DNA from: Basidiobolus ranarum
Taxonomy: Eukaryota
Direction: 5' to 3'
Assembly: GCA_040143965.1 (NCBI GenBank)
Contig: JASJQH010000015.1
Location: 1 to 51,651 of the forward strand
DNA: 51,651 bases
The position numbers and the translations under genes were made by a program. This document shows positions 1 to 11,807 of this stretch, piece after piece. The notes below the pieces were generated by a model, which saw only the letters and a program-made list of their open reading frames with translations, was not told the origin of the DNA and ran no database searches. Within the stretch, counting starts at the first letter, position 1. Every line of letters begins with the position of its first letter.

Positions 1-69
1 GGCACTCGCCAGAGATAGATTACCAACAACCAACAAGATGGAAGCAATAGCGATGTTTAGAACTTTCAT
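1..69 (-). CDS. 5' end of a probable secreted protein (signal peptide), truncated by window edge
   Basis: Reverse strand from ATG at 69 reads MKVLNIAIASILLVVGNLSLASA: basic N-region, hydrophobic core, A-x-A cleavage motif; frame open to the window edge. Confidence 0.6.
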   Translation of the reverse strand, partial: MKVLNIAIASILLVVGNLSLASA

Positions 70-387
70 TTTCAAGATAACTAACACTATGAGCGGGTCT
101 ACTATATGTATCAACTGTTCGGTGTCGCCACATTTCTTTCAAGTGAATTCCGCACAAAAAGAACGCCTAGTTTTGAGCAGAGATGCGGTAAACTAGTTTG
201 ATACACTGAGGCTGGGAAGTTCCTTGTCTTGGATGATTTCCCCCCTTAAATTTGCACCTCTTTGATTAGTTCTTTATGGACGATACTCCATTTCTATATT
301 CTAGGAAGTTCTGTAAGCATGCACTGAATTTCACTTTATTAATAATCATGAAGATAAAGGATTTCTCTATATATCTCTCTAAGCAGA

Positions 388-1712
388 TCAGTGGAAACTA
401 TCAGATATGTTGTTTGTGATGTCACCAATAACTTTAAGATTGATAGTGTATGAATAGAACTTGATCTTGAAGACAAATGCCAGGGCAGCGTGGGCGGCCA
501 AAATGAAGATGATCAGTAGCTTAGAGATCATATTATCGGATCTAGAGATGACATTGTACATGCTTCTGCACATAAAGAACCCTATGATTTCAAAGATGAA
601 TGGGTGATGCATGGCCGATTTACTCTGATACTTTTCACCTACCTGAAGTTGCAAACCCTACTCCAACCAAAGACCATCGAAGGATTTCGTTAGGAATGAT
701 GCATAACACCTAACAGAAATTGTTAAAATGAGTGGAAATTGCTAGGAAATGGGAACTTGCTCACCGAAATAGGGATCCAAATGGACAACGCGTACCCGTA
801 CACGTTCAGAATCTCCAAAAGGGATGGCTGACACTTGAACCACTTGGTGAGGATCCAAAAGAGCGCCGGAACAACGGTAACATACACATATACGGTCACT
901 GCACTGAACCATAATAGGTTGAAGTCATATACCCGGGGCTCACCCGATATGTACGACACAATGGATTCAGATAGGGACGAGGTCACAAAAATTACAAAGA
1001 TCACGGTGGTTGGTACCCAGAACGGACCTGGAAAGAGATATTGATCAACGTGATGTTAAGGAATGAATGGCGATGACTAAATCGTACCATACAAGTCGGG
1101 GTTATCCTCAATATCGTTAATAAAATTACTTCTGAACGGAATGACACTCTCTAGCATTCGTTTTCCAACCTGAAATATTTTCAACTTTTAACGGGATATT
1201 TACTCGAGATCTTTATAGACAAACTCTTTCACTTACTTGCAAAGTATCAATATTGAAATAGGGTGCGTAAAAGTCAACTGACCACATAGAGACTTTCTTA
1301 GGAGGCTCGTTCTGCGTGGTTTGACCAAAAAATGAGGCATTGGTGAAGCCTTTTAGGGAAAAATGGGGTAATTAGCGAGTTATTTCGATTGGTACCATCT
1401 AGAAGGAATAAACCATCGACCTTGGCTGTCGGCAACATGATTATTGATTGTATTGGATTTGTTGGCTCCTTCAGTGGAGTTATTGTTGGTAGCTGCTTCA
1501 GCAAAATCTAGAGTTTAACGGGTTCAGTCTAACTGTCGAGTCTTATAGAGTTGGATTGAGTCAAAGTTTAACTACTAAGCTTAGTACCTTGAAATTCCAG
1601 ATCCTAGAGTCCCTCAAGTAAAAGAGATCAATACAAACTACTAAATATACGTTCAATAAATAGAACCAACGTTATCTGCTTTCATCACAACATCGTAATC
1701 TCCTTTCGCCAT
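388..1712 (-). CDS. Yip1-domain Golgi membrane protein (YIPF1/YIPF2/Yip5-like), multi-exon
   Basis: Spliced translation MAKGDYDVVMKADN-DLEFQ...MWSVDFYAPYFNIDT...PDLYGPFWVPTTVIF...YGYALSIWIP...HAALAFVFKIKF; DLYGPFW and YGY motifs plus TM helices; GT-AG introns. Confidence 0.88.
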
Positions 1713-2225
1713 ATTGTTCTCACCAAACTGAGTATGTATGAAGGATAGTAGAATAAAAAGTGGTAGAATGGGACTTGCACAAATGCGAGGGGCGTCAGGA
1801 TGTTTTCATAAATGTCAAGAAATAATTATGATCATCGGAATAATTGGAGCCAAGAAAACGTGACGTAAATGTAAAGCAGAAATATATAACTACATCCATT
1901 TTAATTTGGTATTTGCGCCATTGTAGTCAGTTTAGTGATCTATTCTTAACCCAAAGAAATAAGATGCGCAAGAGAACAATTAACCAAATAATGGGTTTAA
2001 GAATTAAGCAACATTTTAATCAAATTGATTTATTGGAAAATTTTAGAAGTGGGGCCAGTCAATTTGTAGGGTAGGGGAGGGGAGTAGTCCAAAATAAGAT
2101 GATTGAAAAAACTTTCGCGTTTAACTGTACAGCAGGAAGTTCGAACTTTTCTTGACCAACTTTATACTGTAGTTAAGAATTCTATTCCTGAACTCAAGGT
2201 CGTCCCTCTTTTGCGTATATTAACG

Positions 2226-2516
2226 ATGAAGCTCAAGTATCTTAAAGTTAAACCCCGTAAGGTTATTGCTGAAAGCCCTTGTGTTGCTGAAGTTACCATG
2301 CTTCTTAATTGCTGGTCCTCCTTCACCCCAGATAACCCAAAGTGTGCCGAATCTGCCAAGGCTGTTATGATGTGTATGAAGAACTCTGTAAGTTTAACCA
2401 TTTACCCATATCATAATATATAGAACTGTACTGATATCTTTTATTTTCAGCCTAACAAACCGAAGAAGCCCAACACCATCAATTATCATCTTGCTAGACT
2501 TGGCAAGCTTCTGTAA
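2226..2516 (+). CDS. MRP10: Mitochondrial small-subunit ribosomal protein mS37/Mrp10 (twin CX9C), 2 exons, intron 2388-2450
   Basis: MKLKYLKVKPRK...PCVAEVTMLLNCW...KCAESAKAVMMCMKNS/PNKPKKPNTINYHLARLGKLL*; twin CX9C and the INYHLARL tail typical of Mrp10/CHCHD1. Confidence 0.85.
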
Positions 2517-3085
2517 ATCGGCATATCCTTCTCTCCTACTTTTCTCACTTGCACTTCATTTCATAAGCATCTTTCACTAAAGGCGCGTCTCCAAAAACCT
2601 ATCTTGCTTTTCTATTGCAAGTTAGCAAATAAACTACCAAACAAGGCTACTCTCAAGTTTTCACCCATATGTGTCTGATAAATCGTTAAAGAGTTGTTGG
2701 AATAAGGTTTATTTTACTATAGAAACGTCTGTGCTCTTTGTCCCTAGGTTGTCTTGATTGAAAATAGAGTGAAAACAATCAGTGAAAGAGGTAGAGATAC
2801 CGTCTACACCATGAAGCCAATATGGGAACTGGAATTTCACCAAGTGACACTCTCAAAGATAAAGTAGATGAAAGAGTAACAAAAAAAGTAGTAGTGTCGC
2901 TCAAAAGTCCTTCAGCATTGATTGTTTACCAGCTGGTATCAGTTTCTTTTATCACAAAAGTTACCGATGATCGGAATAATACAAAATAGGTCTACAGAAA
3001 CAGCTATGTAACAACGAGAAAAGGTATCTGTGGGCAACATGCATATATTAAAAGGCTCATTAACGGTGAATAAAGTGAGGGGAGA

Positions 3086-4640
3086 CTAGAATACGGAGCC
3101 CAAAGCCTCAAACCAAGCAATGAGTCTCGAATCGTTTTCGACCAGTTTCCGGAACTCTTCGAAAGAGATGAATTCCTTGGATGTTGACTCAAAACTAAAA
3201 GCTTTATCGATCATTTCATCCATTGCGTCTTGACTCATTGCCTCCATTACTGGCCATTTCTCATCATCTTCGTCTGGGGTTGGCAGCATCTCATTATTTT
3301 TGGAGTAATTGGATGGAAGTTCATCGGTGGGAATAGGGGCGGTGAACGCAGCCGATACTGGCTGTCCAGGCAAGAACTCAAAGCTTTCCATCATTTCTTC
3401 ATCCATAGCTTTAACAACATCTCTAACGAGTTCCGTGCTTAGATGGAAGTAGGCACTTATCACTTTGCGTAGTTCATCTCTTTTTATGAGTCCATCTCCA
3501 TCGATGTCGTATCCACGGAAAGCATCTATACAATGAACTAATGAGAATCCTATTAGCGATTCCTCCATAGTAAAGAGTGCACTTACGAATCATTTTCTCT
3601 TCCAGGTTTCCTTTGCAAAGGATAGAGAGACCTGATACGAACTCAGTAAAGTCGATCACATTGTCTTCATTTTGATCGAAAAACTTGAATATTCTTTCAG
3701 TAATCAGATTCTTCTCCATACCTAGCGGCCCTAGACATTGCTCAAATACTGATTTAACTATTCCTTCGCCTTCCGCTGTGGCCAAGGATTTAAATTGATC
3801 AAAGAGGGCTTCCAATTCTACTTGATCAACTAGATGTAACAAGATATTCAGAAATAAATTCCATGATTCGTTCCATTGATGGTGAAGGTTACTTTACAAT
3901 GAGTTTTCTTTTGAAGATCTCGCGATAGCTCGTAAGGTAAACTAGAGGCAATATCGAATTTGCCTGAATGATAATTGTAAGTTTTGTTTGACAGTAAATC
4001 CCTCTAATGATAGTTATTTACCTGGGTAAAAGACGTTTAGTAGAGCTGAACGTGGGTTGGCAAGTGGTGGTATAGGAATTCGAATTTTCAAAAATACATG
4101 GGTTTTGTGGTGACATTCTTGCGCTTCACAAGCTTCACAAAGATCATAGTCCACACAGTTGGAGCATTTAAACCTAAGCCCTCGAATTGGGCTTGTGCCA
4201 CAATTGTTGCAAGTGATCCCACCTAGATAGTATATACATTTTAATCAAACGAATTGCATCCCAGTTTTTCAACAAGGCTAACTTACGGTGAATATAGCCA
4301 TCTATTAAAAGTCAAAGGATAGTTAGATAAGTAGTTGAATTTTTACGATCAAGGTGATAAAGTAATATCAGATATATGAATAGTTGTACGAGTCAACTGC
4401 TCTATTACCTTTACGTGACTGGTCTTCCGCGATGGAATACAAGAGATTCAATAAATTTTGGCTTTCTTGGTATTCTGTATCGTCTTCATCGTGTTCCATC
4501 AAGGGAACACTAGGATTACTTCTTATAGGTCTTCTAAGTTTACGCTTTGGTCTTGTGTAATATCTTAGTAAACCAAAGGTGGCAAAAGCTACAGACACAC
4601 CAGTAAATAAATAGGTAATCTTTGAAAACCTTGTGGTCAT
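3086..4640 (-). CDS. N-anchored ZZ-type zinc finger plus EF-hand calcium-binding protein, multi-exon
   Basis: N-terminal TM segment; ZZ motif GYIHRGITCNNC...GLRFKCSNCVDYDLCEACE...H..TH; EF loops DQNEDNVIDFTE and DIDGDGLIKRDE. Confidence 0.85.
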
Positions 4641-4958
4641 TTGTGAATAATAAGGAGATAGAAAAAAGGGATTCTATATACAAAGTGGGATTTTCTATGT
4701 TAGACTTGCTTACTATGTAGATATAAGGAGTGAATATGAAGCATAATCTTGAATACGCAACACTATTTCCCTTACAAAATCAAGCATCTGCGTGATTTCG
4801 ATGGGATTTCATCGATTAATTGAGATCTTAACTTGATAACTTAGCTGCGGCAAGGCTATTGACAAGTTATGTAGTTACTTGTACGTAAAACGGCATACAC
4901 CCTGACATTGTAAGAAGTGGCTTAAGCTCTATGTACAAGTTGTAAGAAAGCCCTAAGA

Positions 4959-5014
4959 GTGTATGAGCGTATGGACGTATGGGTGTATGAGCGTATGGAC
5001 GTATGGGTGTATGC
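4959..5014. repeat. Minisatellite: seven 8-bp NNGTATGN units arranged as a 24-bp higher-order repeat
   Basis: gtgtatga gcgtatgg acgtatgg gtgtatga gcgtatgg acgtatgg gtgtatgc, read directly. Confidence 0.9.
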
Positions 5015-5370
5015 TGATACTTCAGCTTCTATCGAACTAGCACTCATACACAATCAATAGACACAATAACATGGACAATAAGAACATTGTGATGGAATAA
5101 GCCCAACCCGTTTGTGTTTCAAACATAGCAAAAACATGGGCGATACGAGAGATGTGGGTGATGCGATAATAGCGATTATTGTTGAAACGGGTCTCAGTGG
5201 ATTAACAATCCTCCAGCAAGAGCTCATTGTATATCTTGATACTTAATAGGAAACTGCCCAACACTGTTAATCTTTGCTCTCTATTGCTTTCACACGACCG
5301 TCTGAGCTAACTTGCCCTTTGCTTCTTTGCTACTATTGCATTTATATTCCATATATTGCTAGTTGTTAGA

Positions 5371-7420
5371 ATGAACTCGTTCCCACGCAATCCAAGCTAC
5401 TTACCAGCTGGTTTGAATTTAGAAGATAGCCATGCAAACTCCCCCTCCAATAACCATACCTTAGGTCGAGATTCCCCTTCCTTAAGCTTAAGCGCGAACA
5501 ACATTACCACCAGACACCCCAAAGTAAAAACAAGGATTCATTTGAATAACCCTTTATGTGTAGGCGGCTTTAGTATCCATGGTCAGTTAGAAGTCGAGTG
5601 TTCTACAGAGGATAAGCTGCGTTTGGGTAAGATTGGTGTAGAGGTGATAGGCTTCGAAGGTAACCTAAACTGTATTGCTACACGAAGCACCATGATATTA
5701 ATTTGAACTAATTTGATCAGAAATCGTTGACAGACCAAATATCAAGCGTGGAATTTCAACCAGATGCAACAGACATATATTTCTGGTTTTATCTACCATT
5801 CTACAATCCCCCGAAACAGGCGCTGCTCCTGAACTCTCCATGAATCCCCCGGGTGAAGATGGCCTATGGCCAACTAGGAAAGGGAAAGTATTCCTGCCGT
5901 TCACCTTAAATTTACCCGAGACAATACCAAGTGTATTCTCCAATCAATTTTCCGAGATTCGTTATATTATTGCTGGGTACGCATATATTATTCCCGTCCG
6001 TATTCATACAGGTGCTAATTTATTTCAATCACTTAGCTCAGTAGAAGTGGCGTTTCATAACAGAAAAAGAAACCTAGTGACTCATCATGAAGCGACTGTA
6101 TACGAAGGAATAGAGTTATCGATGGAGTTACCTCATCTATTAAAGTTTCCTGTTGTCACTGAATGTCAGCGGCAGATATTTTTAGGAGGCAAAGGCATGA
6201 TAAAAGTGCAGTGTTTCCTACAAAGACAAATCTGGCCAGCCGGTAATGAAGTGCCAGTAGGAATTAGGATTCGAAATGAAACCCGAAGAAAGGTGAGAGG
6301 TTAAATAGATATTCAGTGTTCAATTGGCATATTGATAACATGGTGTAAGTAGATATCGGCCATCAAACTATCCCTTGTTCAGTATTTCAAAGCCTACTCG
6401 GCAAAAAATCTTTCCGAGCCTGTAGTCGCCTATCAAACTACTCTGGCGAGTCAAGTGTGTAAAAGTAAATCCATTTTGATCGGTCTAGATAATGGAGTAG
6501 AGCGAGAGTGTACTCTTAGACTACAAATTCCGGTAGATTGGCCTTTGTCTAACTCGCTTACTCGACTTTCACTAATATTCCTTCTTTCAGAGCGAGGTTA
6601 GAACAATCCGAAGATCGCGTCTACTCGACGTGTCTTATGTCATTAAAGTGACGTTGATCCGAACCCTTAAGTAAACTCTCTTTTCTTCTCTGGTATTTAG
6701 AATTGAAGACTGACTCAAAATCACTACTTTACTAGCTCCATTATCCTTGAACTCCCACTTTTAATAGCTCATCAAGTGTCCATCGAACCACCACTCTATC
6801 TAACACTCAAACAAGAAATTGATTGTCTTCGACCAAGTGGTGACTCTGCTTTTGAGGAGACTACTAATGAGAACTTTACAGTCCCTTCAAAGAAAGATGT
6901 ATTAAATGTAGAGGATCGATCACTCACATCTCAGCTATTTGTAAACCCACCATACACATTGCATCCCACGTTGTTACCTACACTACCACCCAATCGTAAC
7001 AAAGAGGTTCGCTTCAAAACTTTAAAGGATATACCAAATATGGAAAATGTTACGACGAAAGGGACAAAAGGGACTGAAATATGTGGTCAGTTGATTAAAA
7101 CTTCTCACATGTTCTATTTGCATGAGCTAATCTCTCTATCTATTTAGCCTTCAAGGAGTTAAGGGCCAACGAAGATCTAAAGCAATTCAATGCAATACAA
7201 TCATATGCTGATTCTTTTATGGGGGCTGAATTAGGTAGAGGATATTTCAATTGAATTAAAGCCAAACCTAACTCCTGATGCCAATGCTTATTTAGAATCA
7301 CCGAAAAGTAACACAAACAGTGGAACATTTCATGTCCCACTTCTCCAAACACGACCAGCATTGGCGTCATACTGTGAATCGATTTCCATCAGGAAACCCG
7401 GAGTAGTAAAGACCAAATAG
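5371..7420 (+). CDS. Arrestin-domain (alpha-arrestin-like) protein, multi-exon; 3' end uncertain (7254 or 7420)
   Basis: Beta-sandwich pattern: VGG.SIHGQLEV...IGVEVIGFE...LPFTLNLPETIPS...IRYIIAG...VPVGIRIRNETRRK; PPxY motif (PPLY) near 6790. Confidence 0.72.
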
Positions 7421-7806
7421 AGCTAGACAAACTCTTCCATTCACGCATTGTTTGACTTCCGAAAAGCCCAGTAACGTGTAAAAGTAATATCAAGTATCAA
7501 CTCACCTCAATAAGAAAATACCCGTGAGATCTTCTTGCACTCAGTAATAACGATGGGTAATGGGGCTCTAATCAGGTGGTACTTTGGACTACATTTTATA
7601 AATAAACATCTATTTATATCAACGGTAAATAACCATTTTTTATCATCATCATCCTCCTGGCAATTCCCATAAATATCGAAATTGAGATGCTAATATTAAA
7701 ATGTACATATATATCCATCTAATATGTTGCAAAAGTACACGTTGGTGTGACTTCTTTACAGTTGTAACTTCCCCCTTACACCTTATCACAACTTCAAAGC
7801 TATTCA

Positions 7807-9249
7807 ATGATACGCGTACCTAGCATACGTTCTCTGAGCCCAATATTTTCCTATTGCTTCACGTCAGTGTTTATGACTTTAGTAAATAAGTTGGTGTTAT
7901 CTGGATTCACGCAGCACCCAGTGTTTCTTATTTTGGCAATACAGTCCATCTGTTGTATAATATTGGTAAAGAGCTTCGCAAAGTTTGGGATGATTGAGCA
8001 TAGAAAGTTGAACCTCGAAGATTTGAGAACTTGTAAGTAAGGAGTTGGGTAGTTCTTCTTCGTCATCAATGCAGAGTTGGTAGACAGTATATTAAGAGGT
8101 TTTAATATTTGATAAGGGCTACCTATTTCAATACTTATGTCTATCATGTTGTATACCGGTGGAAAAAGGTAACTTATTTTCGAATCCAAGTGATATTGCT
8201 ACCTCAAACCCCACTCTAAAGAAACTCTCTCTCTTAGTCTTCAGTTTCTGCGCGTTCCACTTTTTACAATATTCAAGAACCTTACCATTATCTTGGTAGC
8301 CTATGGAGAAAAAGTGATGTTTCGCATTCCTGTAACAAGCTGGATGCTAGTATCATTTATCCTCATGGTAATAGAACTTAACTTCTCTAGCTCCGAACAA
8401 ATTATTAATCGTACTGTATTCAGATTTTGAGTTCTTTAGTAGGTGGTTGGAATGATATCGAATTCAATCTTGAAGGATATATTTGGATGTTCGTCAACTG
8501 CCTTTCATCTGCTTCATATGTGTTACAGATACGCAAGACCATCAAATTGGTTAATTTCAAAGATTTTGACACGGTATACTACAATAACCTTATGATTGTT
8601 CCCATCTTTGTGTTCATGAGTATAATATCAGAAGACTGGCAGAAGCTTGCTACTTACTAGTAAGCGTCATAACTGTGTTGTGCTGCAGTGAAGCGATATT
8701 CTGATAGTTCATCAATTCTGTAGCCATGATGAAGATCATTCCAAGGAATTCCAAGCCTTCACCTTTGCTATTCTTGTTAGCGGGTGCAGTTCCTTTGCGA
8801 TCAGTTACTGTAGTGCCTGGTGTATACGGATGAGCAACTCGACCACTTACAGGTAGCGGATAACTTCCCCTTTTTTAATTCGACATAATCACCAAGCATT
8901 TATATGTAGCATGGTGGGAGCCCTGAACAAATTGCCCATGGCCATTATTGCGATGATTTACTTCAAAGATCCAGTCACTAATGGCGGGATTGTGGCTATC
9001 TTACTTGGTTGGGTTAATTTACGGCACCTCCTGGTAGCTATTCGCTTATTAACGTGAATGTATTCCCAGGATTTTTCTCAGGCTTAATATACACTTACTC
9101 AAAGATCAAGCAACCTAAGCCAGAGACGTCACTACCGACATCGACGTCTATTCAAAGAAGAATGTTTGTCAACGAAAAAGAAGGTAATCTTACTCTGATC
9201 TATTGGATGTTGGTCTTTCGTCTAATCTGACTCTTTAGTGACCTCCTAA
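7807..9249 (+). CDS. VRG4: Golgi GDP-mannose / nucleotide-sugar transporter (Vrg4-like), multi-exon
   Basis: Motifs [43 protein letters not shown] (GALNK signature) and multiple TM helices. Confidence 0.88.
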
Positions 9250-10040
9250 AGCAACTGACTCTACCCTAACCCTATCCTCCCAAGCAGTCGAGCATATATT
9301 AAATCCCTATCTCATAAGGAGTGTGTTTAGATAAGGTAGGCAAGAAGCTCATAATCACCGGCAGTATCTATTTAAAGTACCCCTAGTTGGTAATACTCGT
9401 TGTAATAATTGTGCTTCTATTACCACAGAGCAAGTGTAATAAAGGAAAGGTGAAAAGTAATAGAAACTCCAGTGTCGGGCATACATTGGTGTATAATTAT
9501 ATATCAGCAACAAAGACGGGCACGGGCACGGGCACAAGTAAATCTAAATTAAGAATGAAGGTTGTTATAATTAAGGAATATCAACTATATTTGTGCTCCT
9601 GAAAAGTAATTGCATACTTGACCTTGTACTAGGCCAAAGTATTTAGGCCTAACCACTCTCCTGCTAGACAATTTGGATTATGTGTGTTTCCAAGTGCTTA
9701 CAAAGTGAATACGAACTGAACTGTAACACAATGTAACATCCATCCAGACATATTCCCACTTTATTTTCCATTTGTGATTGGTGAAGAGTGACCTACTCGA
9801 TGATTTACTCGGATGAAGTAGCATTATATAGATCGTCTTCTAGGATCAAGCAGCCAGACCGAGTTTAATTCAATGTTTACGCTATTTATTTTGCCCATGT
9901 CCAACATCCCCTTTCTATCCCCTATCAGGTTTTATTGGTACTCGGAGTAGCATAATCATTGATTGCATTTCCATTTTATCCAATCAGATTCCATTTACAT
10001 TCTGATAATTTCAAAACAAATCTCGGCGATTTACGGTTGA

Positions 10041-10047
10041 TATAAAG
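10041..10047 (+). promoter_or_regulatory. Candidate TATA box of beta-tubulin (CCAAT near 9980)
   Basis: TATAAAG about 95 bp upstream of the ATG, CCAATC about 60 bp further upstream. Confidence 0.4.
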
Positions 10048-10136
10048 CTTGTCATCTTTAGCTTCGTGGAAGTTACGCTCTTTCCTTTCTTTCGTCGTTA
10101 CTAACACCTTTCTTAGCTTCCAATTACTTGCTCATC

Positions 10137-11492
10137 ATGAGAGAAATTATTCAGCTCCAAGCCGGTCAATGTGGTAACCAAATTGGTCACAAATTTTGGG
10201 AAACCATTTCTGCTGAACACGGTATTGATGGTAGCGGTGCTTACGTTGGTGACTCTGATATCCAGTTGGAGAGAGTAAACGTTTACTATAACGAAGCTGC
10301 TGCCAGAAAGTACGTTCCCCGTGCCGTATTGGTTGATTTGGAGCCTGGAACTATGGATAACATCCGTGGTTCTGATCTCGGTGCACTTTTCCGTCCTGAC
10401 AACATGGTCTATGGCCAAAGTGGTGCCGGTAACAATTGGGCCAAGGGTCATTATACGGAAGGTGCCGAGTTAGTTGATTCTGTGCTTGATGTTGTTCGTA
10501 AGGAAGCCGAGAACTGTGATTGTCTCCAAGGTTTCCAGATTACCCACTCTCTTGGTGGTGGTACTGGTTCCGGTTTAGGTACTCTTCTTATCTCCAAGAT
10601 TCGTGAAGAATACCCCGACCGTATGATGTGCACTTTCTCGGTCGTTCCCTCCCCCAAGGTTTCCGATACTGTCGTTGAGCCCTACAATGCCACCCTCTCA
10701 GTTCACCAATTGGTTGAGAACTCCGACATGACTTTCTGTATCGATAATGAGGCTTTGTATGATATTTGCTTCCGTACCTTAAAACTCTCTAACCCTACCT
10801 ACGGTGACTTGAATCATCTCGTCTCCAATGTTATGAGTGGTACTACCACTTCTCTTCGTTTCCCTGGCCAATTGAACTCTGACTTGAGAAAGACCGCCGT
10901 AAACATGGTTCCTTTCCCTCGTCTTCACTTCTTCATGGTCGGTTTTGCTCCTTTGACTGCTCGTGGATCCCAAGATTTCCGTGCTCTCTCCGTTGCTGAG
11001 CTCTCCCAGCAAATGTTCGATGCCAAGAATATGATGGCTGCTTCTGACCCTCGTCACGGTCGCTATCTTACCTGTGCTGCCATGTTCCGTGGTCGCATGT
11101 CCATGAGAGAGGTTGACGATCAAATGATCAGTGCTCAACAAAAGAACTCCAACTACTTTGTTGAGTGGATTCCTAGCAACATCAAGGTTTCTCTTTGTGA
11201 CATTCCTCCCAAGGATCTCAAGATGGCTGTCACATTCCTTGGAAACTCTACCTCTATTCAAGAGTTATTCAAACGTGTCAATGAGCAATTCACTGCCATG
11301 TTCCGTCGTAAGGCTTTCTTGCATTGGTACACTGGTGAAGGTATGGACGAAATGGAATTCACTGAAGCAGAATCCAACATGAATGATCTTGTATCCGAAT
11401 ACCAACAATACCAAGATGCTACTGTTGAAGATGATCTCGAATACGAAGATGAAATGGCTGAAGGGGAATATGCTGCTGATGAAGAATACTAA
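10137..11492 (+). CDS. TUB2: Beta-tubulin, intronless CDS, 451 aa
   Basis: MREI start, [25 protein letters not shown], acidic tail; strong codon bias. Confidence 0.98.
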   Translation: MREIIQLQAGQCGNQIGHKFWETISAEHGIDGSGAYVGDSDIQLERVNVYYNEAAARKYVPRAVLVDLEPGTMDNIRGSDLGALFRPDNMVYGQSGAGNNWAKGHYTEGAELVDSVLDVVRKEAENCDCLQGFQITHSLGGGTGSGLGTLLISKIREEYPDRMMCTFSVVPSPKVSDTVVEPYNATLSVHQLVENSDMTFCIDNEALYDICFRTLKLSNPTYGDLNHLVSNVMSGTTTSLRFPGQLNSDLRKTAVNMVPFPRLHFFMVGFAPLTARGSQDFRALSVAELSQQMFDAKNMMAASDPRHGRYLTCAAMFRGRMSMREVDDQMISAQQKNSNYFVEWIPSNIKVSLCDIPPKDLKMAVTFLGNSTSIQELFKRVNEQFTAMFRRKAFLHWYTGEGMDEMEFTEAESNMNDLVSEYQQYQDATVEDDLEYEDEMAEGEYAADEEY

Positions 11493-11807
11493 ATCAATAC
11501 CAATTATTTTAATCTTTCGATAAATTGATTTTAATTTTAATATTCAATGAACAACCACCCCCCATCTCATCCCCCATCACAAAATCTCTTTACATACTAC
11601 GTAATCCAATCCTTCAATCTAGTACATACACTGATCTATTTATTTTCACTCTCCCTTCACCCGTTCAACTTGCAATCAGCTTTGATCATCATTCCCCATT
11701 CTCATTAAAAGAAATTTCCAAAAAAGTCCATATTTTGAATGTTAATTTTGGGGTATCCAGTGAGGATACAGAAATTACTTTATTGGTGTTATTGGTGATT
11801 GATGAAT

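Noticed and set aside
1029-1087. U12-like branch sequence TCCTTAAC in a Yip1 intron
   Set aside because: Donor is GTACGA, not RTATCCT, and the branch lies too far from the 3' site; treated as U2.
9355-9602. Short ORFs with CPCPCP / TGTGTGT
   Set aside because: They arise from an (ACGGGC)3 microsatellite in AT-rich intergenic DNA; no gene structure.
10113-11382. Antisense and alternative-frame ORFs over beta-tubulin (likewise over SLH1, MSS116, TOP2 and the Ski7-like gene)
   Set aside because: Shadow ORFs produced by codon bias in real genes; no recognisable motifs.
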